A stretch of 64,000 nt of DNA from Octopus sinensis (Eukaryota): NCBI RefSeq assembly GCF_006345805.1, contig NC_042999.1, forward strand, positions 46,314,001 through 46,378,000. The letters run 5' to 3'. Below, piece by piece: positions 53,530-64,000 of the stretch. Position 1 is the first letter of the stretch. Each line of letters opens with the position of its first letter. Both the position numbers and the translations under genes were made by a program. Below the pieces are notes generated by a model. It made no database searches and had not been told where the DNA came from. It saw nothing but the letters and a program-made list of their open reading frames with translations.

Positions 53530-53715
53530 GCCTGCACATGTTTATGTATTTATGTATACACATATGAGAAATGGAGGGGGAAAGAAACTAGTTGTCAAAG
53601 AAAATCTTATGGATGTTAAAGGTTACAGAAAGTACCTACAGACCCACTTAGAGACAGTCACAGAGAAGGACATTAATGTATTAACACTTACCCACGAGCA
53701 TGTTTGGGCAATTTA

Positions 53716-53748
<33 letters not shown>

Positions 53749-53778
53749 TCGCGCTCAAGACAACACAAAGGCAAGCAC

Positions 53779-53835
<57 letters not shown>

Positions 53836-53923
53836 ACTATCTGTCTGTCTGTCTGTCTGTCTGTCCATCTATCTCTCTATCCATTTATCTCTCTATCCAT
53901 CTATCTATCTCGCTATCCATCTG

Positions 53924-53964
<41 letters not shown>

Positions 53965-54142
53965 GTATCTATACACATATACAAGGCTTTATCTAGAGTT
54001 AAACATTTTGTTATGACAACAACCGCCATTTCATTCGTTTGTGTTGCTAACGAAGCGGTTTCTTGACAGCACATGCAATCTCGATAATGTCAGAACGTGT
54101 CTGGAGCTGCACTGCATAGCTAATGATAAAATTACCCCCTTA

Positions 54143-54365
54143 AAGGCGGCGAGCTGGCAGAAACGTTAGCACGCCGGGCGAAATGCGTAGCCGTATTTCG
54201 TCTGCCGTTACGTTCTGAGTTCAAATTCCGCCGAGGTCGACTTTGCCTTTCATCCTTTCTGGGTCGATAAAATAAGTACCAGTTACGCAATGTAATCGAC
54301 TTAATCCGTTTGTCTGTCCTTGTTTGTCCCCTCTGTGTTTAGCCCCTTGTGGGTAATAAAGAAAC
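54143..54365 (+). mobile_element. SINE family A, young-looking copy
   Basis: Near-consensus with CpGs intact. Confidence 0.9.
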
Positions 54366-54579
54366 AGATAGAATTATCTCCTTAAATTCCTTTCCTTCTT
54401 CTTTCTTTACCGGATAAGGATCTGGGATCTGTTCACATAATTTTAATGTATTATAACATTAAGATTCCCGGGCTTATTACATGATGCATTGTAGCGCCCA
54501 CCTACTACTACTACTACTACTTACCTACCTACATACCTGCCTGTCGTTCAACCGTATGTATGTATGTCGTCGCCCTTTT

Positions 54580-54849
54580 CAAGCCTAGCCAGGCTCATGG
54601 GCCCGGTTTCCCTGTTTCTGTGGCATATGTGTTCCCCCCAGCTGGGAACTCAAGAAACAGGAAGAGGGAGTGAGAGAAAGTTGTGGCGAAAGAGTACAAC
54701 AGGGGTTGCCACCACCCCCTGCTGGAGCCTCGTGGAGCTTTTAGGTGTTTTCGCTCAATAAACACACACAACGCCCGGTCTGGGAATCGAAACCGCGATC
54801 TTCCGACCGCGAGTCCGTTGCCCTAACCACTGGGCCATTGCGCCTCCAC
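54580..54849 (-). mobile_element. SINE family D with tail type 2
   Basis: D head plus tail GGGAAACCGGGCCCATGAGCC; compare 55861-56170. Confidence 0.75.
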
Positions 54850-55129
54850 ATGTATGTATATATGTTTTTTTTGTTTGTTGATTTGTTAATATTTTCTCAC
54901 GGTTTCAAATTCCACCGAGGTTGACTTTACCTTTCATGCTTTTGGGGTTGATAAATTAAGTACCAGTTGCATACTGGGGTCGATCTAATTGGTTTGATGC
55001 TAATGTTTCTACCAATCCACAACTTTTAATAATTTCTAATTTAGGCTGCAAGGATAACAATTTTGACATAATTACATCAACACTGGTACTTGACAGATAT
55101 TTTATTTTATTTAATAAAACACCTATTTT

Positions 55130-55737
55130 ACTCTCTTACTCTTTTACTTGTTTCAGTCATTTGACTGTGGCCATGCTGGAGTACCACCTTTAGTCGAGCA
55201 AATCGCCCCCAGGACTTATTCTTTGTAAGCCTAGTACTTATTCTATCGGTCTCTTTTGCTGAACCGCTAAGTTACGGGGACATAAACACACCAGCATTGG
55301 TTGTCAAGCGATGTTGGGAGGACAAACACAGACACACAAATATATACACACACATACATACATATATATATGTGGCACGTAAAAAGCACCCACTACACTC
55401 ACGGAGTGGTTGGCGTTAGGAAGGGCATCCAGCCGTAGAAACACTGCCAGATCTGACTGGGCCTGACGAAGCCTTCCAGCTTCACAGACCCCAGTTGAAC
55501 CGTCCAACCCATGCTAGCATGGAAGGCGGACGCTAAATGATGATGATGATGATGATGATATATATATACATATATGCGACGGGCTTCTTTCAGTTTCCAT
55601 CTACCAAATCCACTCACAAGGCTTTGGTCGGCCCGAGGCTATAGCAGAAGACACTTGCCGAAGGTGTCATGCAGTGGGACTGAACCCGGAACCATGTGGT
55701 TCGTGAGCAAGCTACTTACCACACAGCCACTCCTGTG
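55130..55737 (-). mobile_element. SINE family B carrying an antisense element E (55372-55559)
   Basis: B halves flank E (GGAAGGGCATCC...CCCATGCTAGCATGG...(TGA)n), an RTE-like 3' tail. Confidence 0.8.
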
Positions 55738-55860
55738 CCACTGTTGCCTTTCATGCAAAAAAATATTCAACATAGTGCATGTGTATTATAATTATGATAT
55801 TAGAAATCATTAACTAAATGAAAATAATTAGAAATTATTATTATTAATATTATTATTAGT

Positions 55861-56647
55861 GGAGGCACATGGCCTAGTGGTAAGAGCAGTGGACTCGCAG
55901 TTGAGGGATTGCAGGTTCGAATCTCAGACCGGGTGATGTGTGTGTTTAGGAGCAACATGCCTAAGCTCCATGCAGCTCCGGCAGAAGGTAATGGCGAACT
56001 TCTGCTGACTCTGTCACCACAACTTTCTCTCACCCTTTCCTCCTGCATCTTGCAGCTCACCTGCGATGGACCGGCGTCCCGTCCAGGTGGGGAACCTATA
56101 CGCCAAGGAAACCGGGAAACCGGCCCTCATGAGCCAGGTATGGCTTGAGAAGGAACAAACAACAACAACTATTATTATTATTATTAAACTGGTGAGCTGG
56201 CAAAATCGTTAGCATACTGGACAAAATGCTTAGTGGTATTTCGCCCATCGCTACATCCTGAGTTCGAATTCCACAGAAGTTGACTTTGACTTTCATCTTT
56301 TTGGGCTTGATAAATTAAGTACCAGTGAAACATTGGGGTGATGTAATCGACTTAACCCCTCCCCCAAATTTTCAGGCCTTGTTACTATAGTAGAAAGGAT
56401 TATTATTATTATTACAGCAGTGAGCTGGCAGAATTGTTAGCATGCCGAGAAGAATGCTTAGCAGTGTTTCATCTGTCTTTACGTTCTGAGTTCAAATTCT
56501 GCTGAGGTCGACTTTGCTTTCATCCCTTCGGGGTCAATAGATTAAATACTAGTTGAGTACTGGGGTTGATGTAATCAACTTATCACTCCTCCCAAATTCC
56601 AAACCTTGTGCCTATAGTAGAAAGGCTTATTATTATTATTATTATTA

Positions 56648-56704
<57 letters not shown>

Positions 56705-57140
56705 GTGGTGATGTGGCAGAATTGTTAGCACACTGGGCAAAATGCTGAGCAGCATTTCATCTGTCTGTTCATTTTGGGTTCAAATTCTGCCAAGGTCGAC
56801 TTTAACTTTCATTGTTTCAGGGTTGATAAAACAAGTACCAGTTGAACATTGGGGTTGATGTCATTGACTTAGCCCCTCACTCCAAATTTCAGGCTTTGTG
56901 CCTACAGCAAAAAAGATTATTATTATTATCATCATCATTATTATTATTATATTATTATTATTATTATTATATTATTATTATTAGGTGCAGGTGTGGCTAT
57001 ATTGTAAGAAGTTTACTACTCAGTTACTACTAAACCAATCTGAGTTTAGTCCCATAGCATGGCACCTTGGGCAAGTATCTACTACTATGGCCCTAGCATG
57101 ACTAAAACCTTGTGAATAGATTTCGTAGATGGAAACTGAT
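55861..57140 (+). mobile_element. Chain of co-oriented SINEs (D, A2, A2, A2, B head) separated by (TTA)n
   Basis: Units at about 55861, 56189, 56415, 56704 and 56985; CpG-decayed. Confidence 0.8.
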
Positions 57141-57460
57141 GAGCGATGGCTAGAAGGATATTGAGTTTAACTTCATAACCAGCTGATCTAGCAAGCGGGG
57201 CCTCATATCAGTGAGGGGGGCCGGTGCGCATTGATGCTGTCGAGAGGTTATTATTATTTTTTATAATTATGAGTATAATTATAATTAGGGTTCAGCAAAA
57301 AATTTGCTTCGCCACATACTGAACTTTAGAAATAACAGCCAAAAATCTTAGCTATTTCTTCTACTATAAGAAGAAACTCCCAGACAAACGTATACTCAAA
57401 ACAATTCATATATATATATATATTATATATATATATATATATATAATATATAATATTAAT

Positions 57461-57720
57461 TAAAATTAAATTGCCACTACAATTGTTTCGTGTCTCTTCT
57501 AAGGACATTCATGAAGAGACACGAAACAATTGTAGTGGCGAATTTAATTTTATTTAATTTATATTAAATTTTTTTATGTATTGGATTAAGTCTTTCTTTG
57601 TTTGATTTGCAAAATAGTTGTTTTGTCTCTAATTAATATTATATAATATTTTACTATAAAATTGAATTCAATCCTAAATCTGATTTTCCCTGTAAATTTG
57701 GATTTATTCCCTAATATTTA
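57461..57720. repeat. Short palindrome (57461-57550) with hammerhead half-sites, arm remnant and conserved tail motif
   Basis: GCCACTACAATTGTTTC...GAAACAATTGTAGTGGC as in 60705-60832, but no CTGAAGA core. Confidence 0.75.
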
Positions 57721-58172
57721 TTATATATATATATATATAGTGTGTGTGTCTTTGTGTTTGTTCTCCCCACCACCACCACCACCACTGCTTGATAGCAGGT
57801 GCTAGTTTGTTTACATACCCTTAACTTAGTGAACCTGATATGATAAGTAACAAGCTTAAAGAACAATAAAGAATGAGTACTGGGATTGATTTTATTTGAC
57901 TAAACCCTTCAAGGTGGTGCCCTAGCATGGCTGCAGTCCAGTAATAGAAACGAGTTACAGATAATTGATAAAACATTACCATAATGATAGATATGAATAA
58001 TTCTCTAAACCCAGTTAGATGCTCTTATGTTTTTGCTAAAGATTATTTCTCCTAATTTACTAAAGTTATTATCTAATAGAACTCAAAATATGAGTATATG
58101 TATATATATTTTTCCCTAATATTTAACGGAAATGTGTGTATATATATATATATAGGCTAAGGAGTGGCTCAT

Positions 58173-58885
58173 AGGTGCGGGAGTGGCTGTGTGGTAAGTA
58201 GCTTGCTTACCAACCACATAATTCCAGGTTTGGTCCCACTGCATGGCACCTTGGGCAAGTGTCTTCAACTATAGGCTCAGGCTGTCCCAAACCTTATGAA
58301 TGGATTTGGTAGATAGAAACTGAAAGAAGCCCATCATCATCATCGTTTAACGTCCGCTTTCCTTGCTAGCATGGGTTGGACGGTTCAACTGGGGTCTGGG
58401 AAGCCCGAAGGCTGCACCAGGCCAGTCAGATCTGGCAGTGTTTCTACAGCTGGATGCCCTTCCTAACGCCAACCAGTCTGTGAGTGTAGTGGGTGCTTTT
58501 TATGTGCCACCGACACAGGTGCCAGACGAGGCTGGCGAATGGCCATGCTCGGATGGTGCTTTTTACGTGCCACCGGCACGGAGGCCAGGTGAGGCTGGCA
58601 ACGGCCACGATCGGATGGTGTTTGTTACGTGCCACTGGCACGGAGGCCAAAATATGTGTGTGTGTGTGTGTGTCCATATGTTTCTGTGTCAATGTTTGTT
58701 CTCCTACCATCACTTGACAACTGATGCTGGTGTGTTTATGTCCCTGTAACTTAGCAGTTCAGCAAAACAGATTGAGAGAATAACTACTAAGCTTATAAAG
58801 AATAAGTCCTGGGTTCGATTTGTTTGACTAAAGACTGTGCTTCATCATGGCCTCAGTCAAATGACTGAAACAAATAAAAGAGTAA
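58173..58885 (+). mobile_element. SINE family B carrying an antisense element E (58335-58650)
   Basis: E begins right after AAGAAGCCC; includes about 2.5 copies of a roughly 62-bp unit at 58492-58650. Confidence 0.8.
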
Positions 58886-58934
58886 AAGATATGTATAATA
58901 TGTATGTATGTGTATTAATAATATTGTAACTAAA

Positions 58935-59160
58935 AAGCACCAACCTTTTGTGGTCGTTGCCAGCCTCCTCTGGCCCCTGTACCAGTGGCATGTAAAAAGC
59001 ACCCACTACACTCACAGAGTGGTTGGCATTAGGAAGGGTATCCAGCTGTAGAAAAACTGCCGGATCAGACTGAGGCCTGGTGCAGCCTCCTGGCTTCCCA
59101 GACCCCGATTGAACTGTCCAGCCCATGCTGGCATGGAAAACGGATGTTAAATGATGATGA
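58935..59160 (+). mobile_element. Element E (RTE-like 3' tail repeat)
   Basis: Same sequence as 55372-55559, ending in (TGA)n. Confidence 0.7.
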
Positions 59161-59510
59161 CGCTGATGATGATCTTACATTATTTTGTTAATTCATTTTG
59201 GTACAGTATTATTTCATAGTCATTTTCGTCATTATCTCTTCCATAAAAGCTAAACTTTTATTTTTTTAATAAAAATAATTATCCTTATAGAAATATTACA
59301 TTTCTAAATATCTCAGAGAGATATAAGCAGTGGTGGTACAATAGAGTAGTTGTATACTGTCAACTTAATGTGACAGTCCCATGAAGGGAATCACACCACT
59401 GCTATTTAGCCCTAGCAAGCATCAACACTTCCTGTGTGGCCTTGATAAATTTTCTGTGTCCTTATGTTTACAAGGGGGAGATAAGCACCCCCACCCAGCT
59501 AAGCCTGCAG

Positions 59511-59550
59511 CCAGAGACTAGTTTCTGAGTCTTTCTCATCATCAGTCTGG
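59511..59550 (-). ncRNA. Canonical minimal type I hammerhead ribozyme
   Basis: Minus strand CCAGA-CTGATGA-TGAG-AAAGA-CTCA-GAAAC-TA-GTC-TCTGG: all core residues, three stems, GUC site. Confidence 0.88.
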
Positions 59551-59858
59551 AGTAGCATGGCCTGCTAGCTGGAGATGCTTGTAAATCTACTGATTACAAA
59601 AATAGAAATATTACATTTCTAAATATCTCAGAGAGATATAAGCAGTGGTGGTACAATAGAATAGTTGTATACTGTCAACTTAAAGTTGACAGTATAGGCC
59701 GACAGGAAGCATTGATGCTTCCTAGGGCTAAATAGCAGTGGTGTGATTCCCTTCATGGGACTGTCAACTTAAGTTGAGAGTGTACAATTATCCTTACCTT
59801 CTTTGTATACTTCATTTGTTTGATTTAAGTAACATACATTTTACTTTTCTTTCACCAG

Positions 59859-60331
59859 TTACTTCTGTCCTGTGTGGTCTTATCATATTGGTGTGCAGGG
59901 AGAAATTTTTTTCGTAGAAGCAGCTGAAAAACATGGACACTACAGTGAAAATATACAACCAGCCTCCAACTCTTCTATCAATGTCAGTAAGTCTAAGCTT
60001 CCTCACAGCCAAGATAACAACTCTGACAGTCAAAGCCAAAACCTGTCCAGTTACTCAGAAAGTATCAACACTTCAAAGTTTGAAACTGAAAAAAGTAAAA
60101 ACGAAAGTGAAGTCTTCTTGCTGCCGGTACCTTGTGAGAAGAACTCTAGTGAACTCACTGATGTTGAATATTTCGAAAAGCTCTTCGGAATTGTACTCTG
60201 CAGCTATAATGTCAAGTCAGCTCTTGTGGAGAATACTGATGGTGATGAAAAGTATAGAGACAAGAAAAAGTTGATAGTACAGAAAGTAATAATTGGAAGC
60301 CAGGCTCAGAGGTCACATAAGATACATAAAG
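59859..60331 (+). CDS. intu: Internal exon of an Inturned planar-cell-polarity protein orthologue (N-terminal motif and first part of PDZ)
   Basis: Acceptor CTTTTCTTTCACCAG, donor AAAG|GTAATT. PVWSYHIGVQGEIFFVE matches the spacing of recalled human INTU PEWLDSVQKNGELFYLE; FEKLFGIV...LIVQKVIIGSQAQRSHKIHKG matches LEVLVGII...[21 protein letters not shown]. Confidence 0.75.
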
Positions 60332-60579
60332 GTAATTTGGTTGTTGTTATTTCAGAATCATGTTTCCATTTATACACTACACCGTTATTGACATTGTGGG
60401 TTAACAGAGCAGAGAAGGAGTACTTCCTCTAAATTCACTATAGCTGAAAAGGGTATAGTTAGAAAATAGCAAACGTAAATACAGTCACGACCAAAAGTTT
60501 GGAACATAGGTCAGAAAATTAGAATTTTTATATTAAATGCCCAAATATTGTACATATAACATATATACAATATATACAT

Positions 60580-60617
<38 letters not shown>

Positions 60618-60704
60618 TATTAGAGACAAAACCACTATTTTGCAAAACAAACAAGGAAAGACTTAATCAATACATAAAATTTTAATAAATAGTCAAAAAA
60701 ACCG

Positions 60705-60747
60705 CCACTACAATTGTTTCTTGTCTTGATCGACAATCTTCAGGTGG
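60705..60747 (-). ncRNA. Minimal type I hammerhead ribozyme (left arm)
   Basis: Exact reverse complement of 60790-60832. Confidence 0.8.
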
Positions 60748-60789
60748 ACTTCCAATAAGTCAGTTTCATGAAACTGACTTATTGGAAGT

Positions 60790-60832
60790 CCACCTGAAGA
60801 TTGTCGATCAAGACAAGAAACAATTGTAGTGG
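60790..60832 (+). ncRNA. Minimal type I hammerhead ribozyme (right arm)
   Basis: CCAC-CTGAAGA-TTGTC-GATCAA-GACAA-GAAAC-AATT-GTA-GTGG: stems I, II and III, GUA site. Confidence 0.82.
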
Positions 60833-61004
60833 CGGTTTTTTTGACTATTTATTAAAATTTTATGTATTGATTAAGTCTTTCCTTGTTTGTTTTGCAAAAT
60901 AGTGTTTTGTCTCTAATAATATTTTATAATATTTTACTATAAAATTGGATTTAATCCTAAATCTGATTTTTCCCTGTAAATTTGGATTTATTCCCTAATA
61001 TTTA

Positions 61005-61064
<60 letters not shown>

Positions 61065-61134
61065 GTATGTATTGTGTGTGTGTGTGTGTATATATATATG
61101 TATGTATTGTGTGTGTATATATATATATATCCTT

Positions 61135-62645
61135 AAATCCTTAAAAATGTTTCAGCCCGAAAGCTGTGTCCATGCTGGGGCACCACCGTTGAATGAGCTA
61201 CACTAGTATGTGAAACCACTTCTGATATGTGGCACTTGATCAACAAGGGAGTTTGATGCCGCTGCCCGCATCTGTGTTTCCTGCTGAGAGGTAGGTTCAT
61301 CTGGGACCCCCAACAAGAAGAGATCCAGTTTAGTTTTAAAGAAACCCACATCCACACCATGCAGGTCTCTCAGGCATTTAGGAAGGATATTGAAGAGCTG
61401 TGATCCTCTGAAACCCAAGCTGTTGCAGTATCTGGTCCTGTATTTTGATGGTGATGTTGGGATCTTTGGCATCAAGCAGTGGCGCCCCGTTCTGCGGTTG
61501 GGGTAACTTTGAATGCCAAAGTTTGGTACAAGACCCTCCAGGATTTTCCAGATGTATATCACTGCATATCTCTCCTGCTTTCACTCCAGGGAGAAGAGTT
61601 TTAATACTTTCAGTGTTTCCCAGTAGCTGATATGTTGCATTGAGATGATCTTCTTAGTGTAGCTTTGTTGAATTGCTGCGAGTTCTGCTGGTAACTTTAT
61701 ATTGTGTGGTGAACATAGTTGGGAGCAGTAGTCCAAGTGGCTGAGGATGGATGTCTTCCAAAGGACCATCAGTGTCTCCTTCTCTCTTGTTCTGAAAGTT
61801 CGGAGAATCCATCCAGCTAGCCGTCTGCATTTTATTACCAAATTAGTAATATGCACTTGGAAAGATGCATTATTGCTCATGTCATTGCCCAGATCACGCA
61901 CTGAATTTGACTCAGGAATTACAATTCTTCCTGGGCCAGTGTATCCGGTCTGCATGTCATTTACCTTTGTGTGCTGGTAGCATAGGGCCTGGAACTTCCC
62001 TGCATTAAACTGCATATTGTTGTCCTCAGCCCATCTGTATATTGTATCCAACTCCTGTTGCAGATTTGCAATATTTCCAAGGTTTTGTATGGTGTGGGAG
62101 ACTTTTGTGTCATCTGCATAGCTAGCAAGAGAGGCCATCTTAGCAACTGAGGGCATGTCTGAAAGGGCCACTATAAACAGCAGTGGCCCCCGAGACAGTG
62201 CCCTGTGGAACACCGCTTGTTATTTGTGTTTCCTTGGAGGTGGTGGCTCCATTGGCCACAACTGCCTGCCTTCTATCTTTTAGGAAGTTGTGCAGCCACT
62301 CTCCAAGTTTTCCGCCTATGCCGAGACCATGCAGTGTGTGACAGATCATACCATGGTCGACGTTATCAAAAGCTTTTGCAAAGTCGAGATATATCACATC
62401 TACAATTGAGCCATTTAGTAGCTGTTTTAACACCCAGTCATAGTGCTGCAGGAGCTGTTTTAGGCAGCTTCTACCTGGTCGAAATCCATGCTGGGTGTCA
62501 GTCAGCAAGTTATTTTCTTCAAGGAACATGATTAGTTTCTTGCAGACAATTTGTTTTTGTTCCATGACTCTGTTGAGGTGTGAGGTCAGAGAGATAGGCC
62601 TATAATGTTTAGCATCTGCTCTGCTTCCTCCCTTATGGATAGGGC
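61135..62645 (-). mobile_element. 5'-truncated CR1-clade LINE (RT), frameshifted
   Basis: YRPISLTSH, QHGFRPGRSC, YLDFAKAFDNVDH, SGVPQGTV, GPLLF, YADDTK, LDYCSQL. Confidence 0.92.
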
Positions 62646-62670
<25 letters not shown>

Positions 62671-62677
<7 letters not shown>

Positions 62678-62940
62678 AAAGGGCTTAGTAAAATAAATTA
62701 CTTTGCCGCATACTGAACTCGTTAGAAATACCAGCTAAAAAAACTTTTATAAAACTATTTCTAACACTTAAAGAAAACCTCTCTCATATAGTGTTTGCTC
62801 AATTCAACTGAGCAAACACTATATGAGAGAGGTTTTCTTTAAGTGTTAGAAATAGTTTTATAAAAAGTTTTTTTAGCTGCTATTTCTAACGAGTTCAGTA
62901 TGCGGCAAAGTAATTTATTTTACTAAGCCCTTTTATATAA
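62671..62940. repeat. Near-perfect 270-bp palindrome
   Basis: TATAAAAGGGCTTAGTAAAAT...GCTCA-ATTCAAC-TGAGC...ATTTTACTAAGCCCTTTTATA. Confidence 0.92.
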
Positions 62941-63038
62941 TGTAATAATTTGAATTTGCCTTAAATGGTCCCTTTGCATACTGAATACTTGGTGAAATTG
63001 ATTAATTAATTAATTAATTTTACCCTCATTGTTGAATG

Positions 63039-63039
<1 letters not shown>

Positions 63040-63076
<37 letters not shown>

Positions 63077-63129
63077 TGTGTGGTATATATATATATATAT
63101 AATATATATATATATGTTGTGTGTGGTGT

Positions 63130-63165
<36 letters not shown>

Positions 63166-63433
63166 GTGTGTATATATATATATTGTGTTATATATATATT
63201 GTGTGTGTATATATGTACTGTATGTATATATATATATATTGTGTATGTATTATATATAATATATATATAATGTATATATATATATTGTGTATATATATAT
63301 ATTGTTGTATATAAATATATATGTATATATATATTGTGTATATATATATATATGTATATATATATATTGTGTATATATATATATTGTGTATTATATATAT
63401 ATATGTATCTATATATATTGTGTATATATATAT

Positions 63434-63464
<31 letters not shown>

Positions 63465-63583
63465 TGTGTATATATATTGGGCCTGGTGCAGCCTTCTGGC
63501 TTCCCAGACCCCAGTTAAACCGTCCAACCCATGCTAGTATGGAAAGTGGATGCTAAATGATGATGATGATGATGATGATATAT

Positions 63584-63631
<48 letters not shown>

Positions 63632-63640
63632 ATATATATA
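63040..63640. repeat. Degenerate (TA)/(TG) microsatellite field with an element E fragment at 63478-63576
   Basis: Direct reading. Confidence 0.9.
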
Positions 63641-63909
63641 TCGTATATATTTGTATCAAATTGGACTTGGGTATAACAATTTTAATTTCAAAAGAATTGC
63701 TCCAAAATTTGGGCCATGACTGTAAATGTAAAATGAGATTTGGTTCCAAACTTCATGGTTCTAGGTTCATTCCTACAGCAGTAATTTGAGCAGGTGTCTT
63801 TTACTATAAATTCCAGACTGACCAAATTCTTGTGAGTGGATTTGGTAGACAGAAACTCAAAAAGCCTATGGTGTAAATGTGTGTGCATGAGTGCACGTGT
63901 GTGTGTGTG

Positions 63910-64000
63910 GCTGTTTGCAAGGGTTCCATTTGATCTGATCAATGGAACAGCCTTCTTGTGAAATTAATGTGCAAGTGGCTGAGTACTCCACAGACATGTA
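63910..64000 (-). mobile_element. SINE D tail type 1, cut by the window end
   Basis: Reverse complement of TCTGTGGAGTACTCAGCCACTTGCACATTAATTTCAC. Confidence 0.7.

Larger units (their letters stand above)
60608..61003. repeat. Near-perfect 320-bp palindrome (60608-60928) plus conserved tail; PLE-like remnant
   Basis: Symmetry axis at TTTCA|TGAAA (60768/60769); contains two hammerheads. Confidence 0.92.

Noticed and set aside
60332-60432. C-terminal part of the 186-aa ORF
   Set aside because: Lies after the GTAATT donor, and similarity to INTU stops there; intron read-through.

Overview
AT-rich, microsatellite- and retroelement-dense eukaryotic DNA. The repeat landscape (tRNA-derived SINEs, RTE/CR1/Tx1/R4 LINEs) looks like a coleoid cephalopod, probably Octopus; this is inference only. 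Coordinates were read by eye and are approximate to a few bases unless a motif is quoted. Two host genes are supported, both on the + strand. (1) A GT92/DUF23 glycosyltransferase with a large coding exon at 24555-26025 and a probable start exon at 11783-11817 across a 12.7-kb TE-filled intron. (2) An Inturned (INTU)-like gene with a PDZ-region exon at 59859-60331 and a tentative first exon at 52971-53023. The rest is decayed LINEs (RTE with three C-terminal C2H2 fingers, Tx1, R4/Dong-type, CR1), a Tc1/mariner fossil, non-autonomous Helitrons, MITEs and several modular SINE families. Most notable are four minimal type I hammerhead ribozyme motifs (10915-10949, 59511-59550, 60705-60747, 60790-60832) plus two half-motifs. 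They sit in a family of fold-back palindromes that resemble Penelope-like or retrozyme remnants. One palindrome holds two head-to-head ribozymes inside the INTU intron. Nearly all short ORFs in the supplied track are microsatellite or antisense artefacts.
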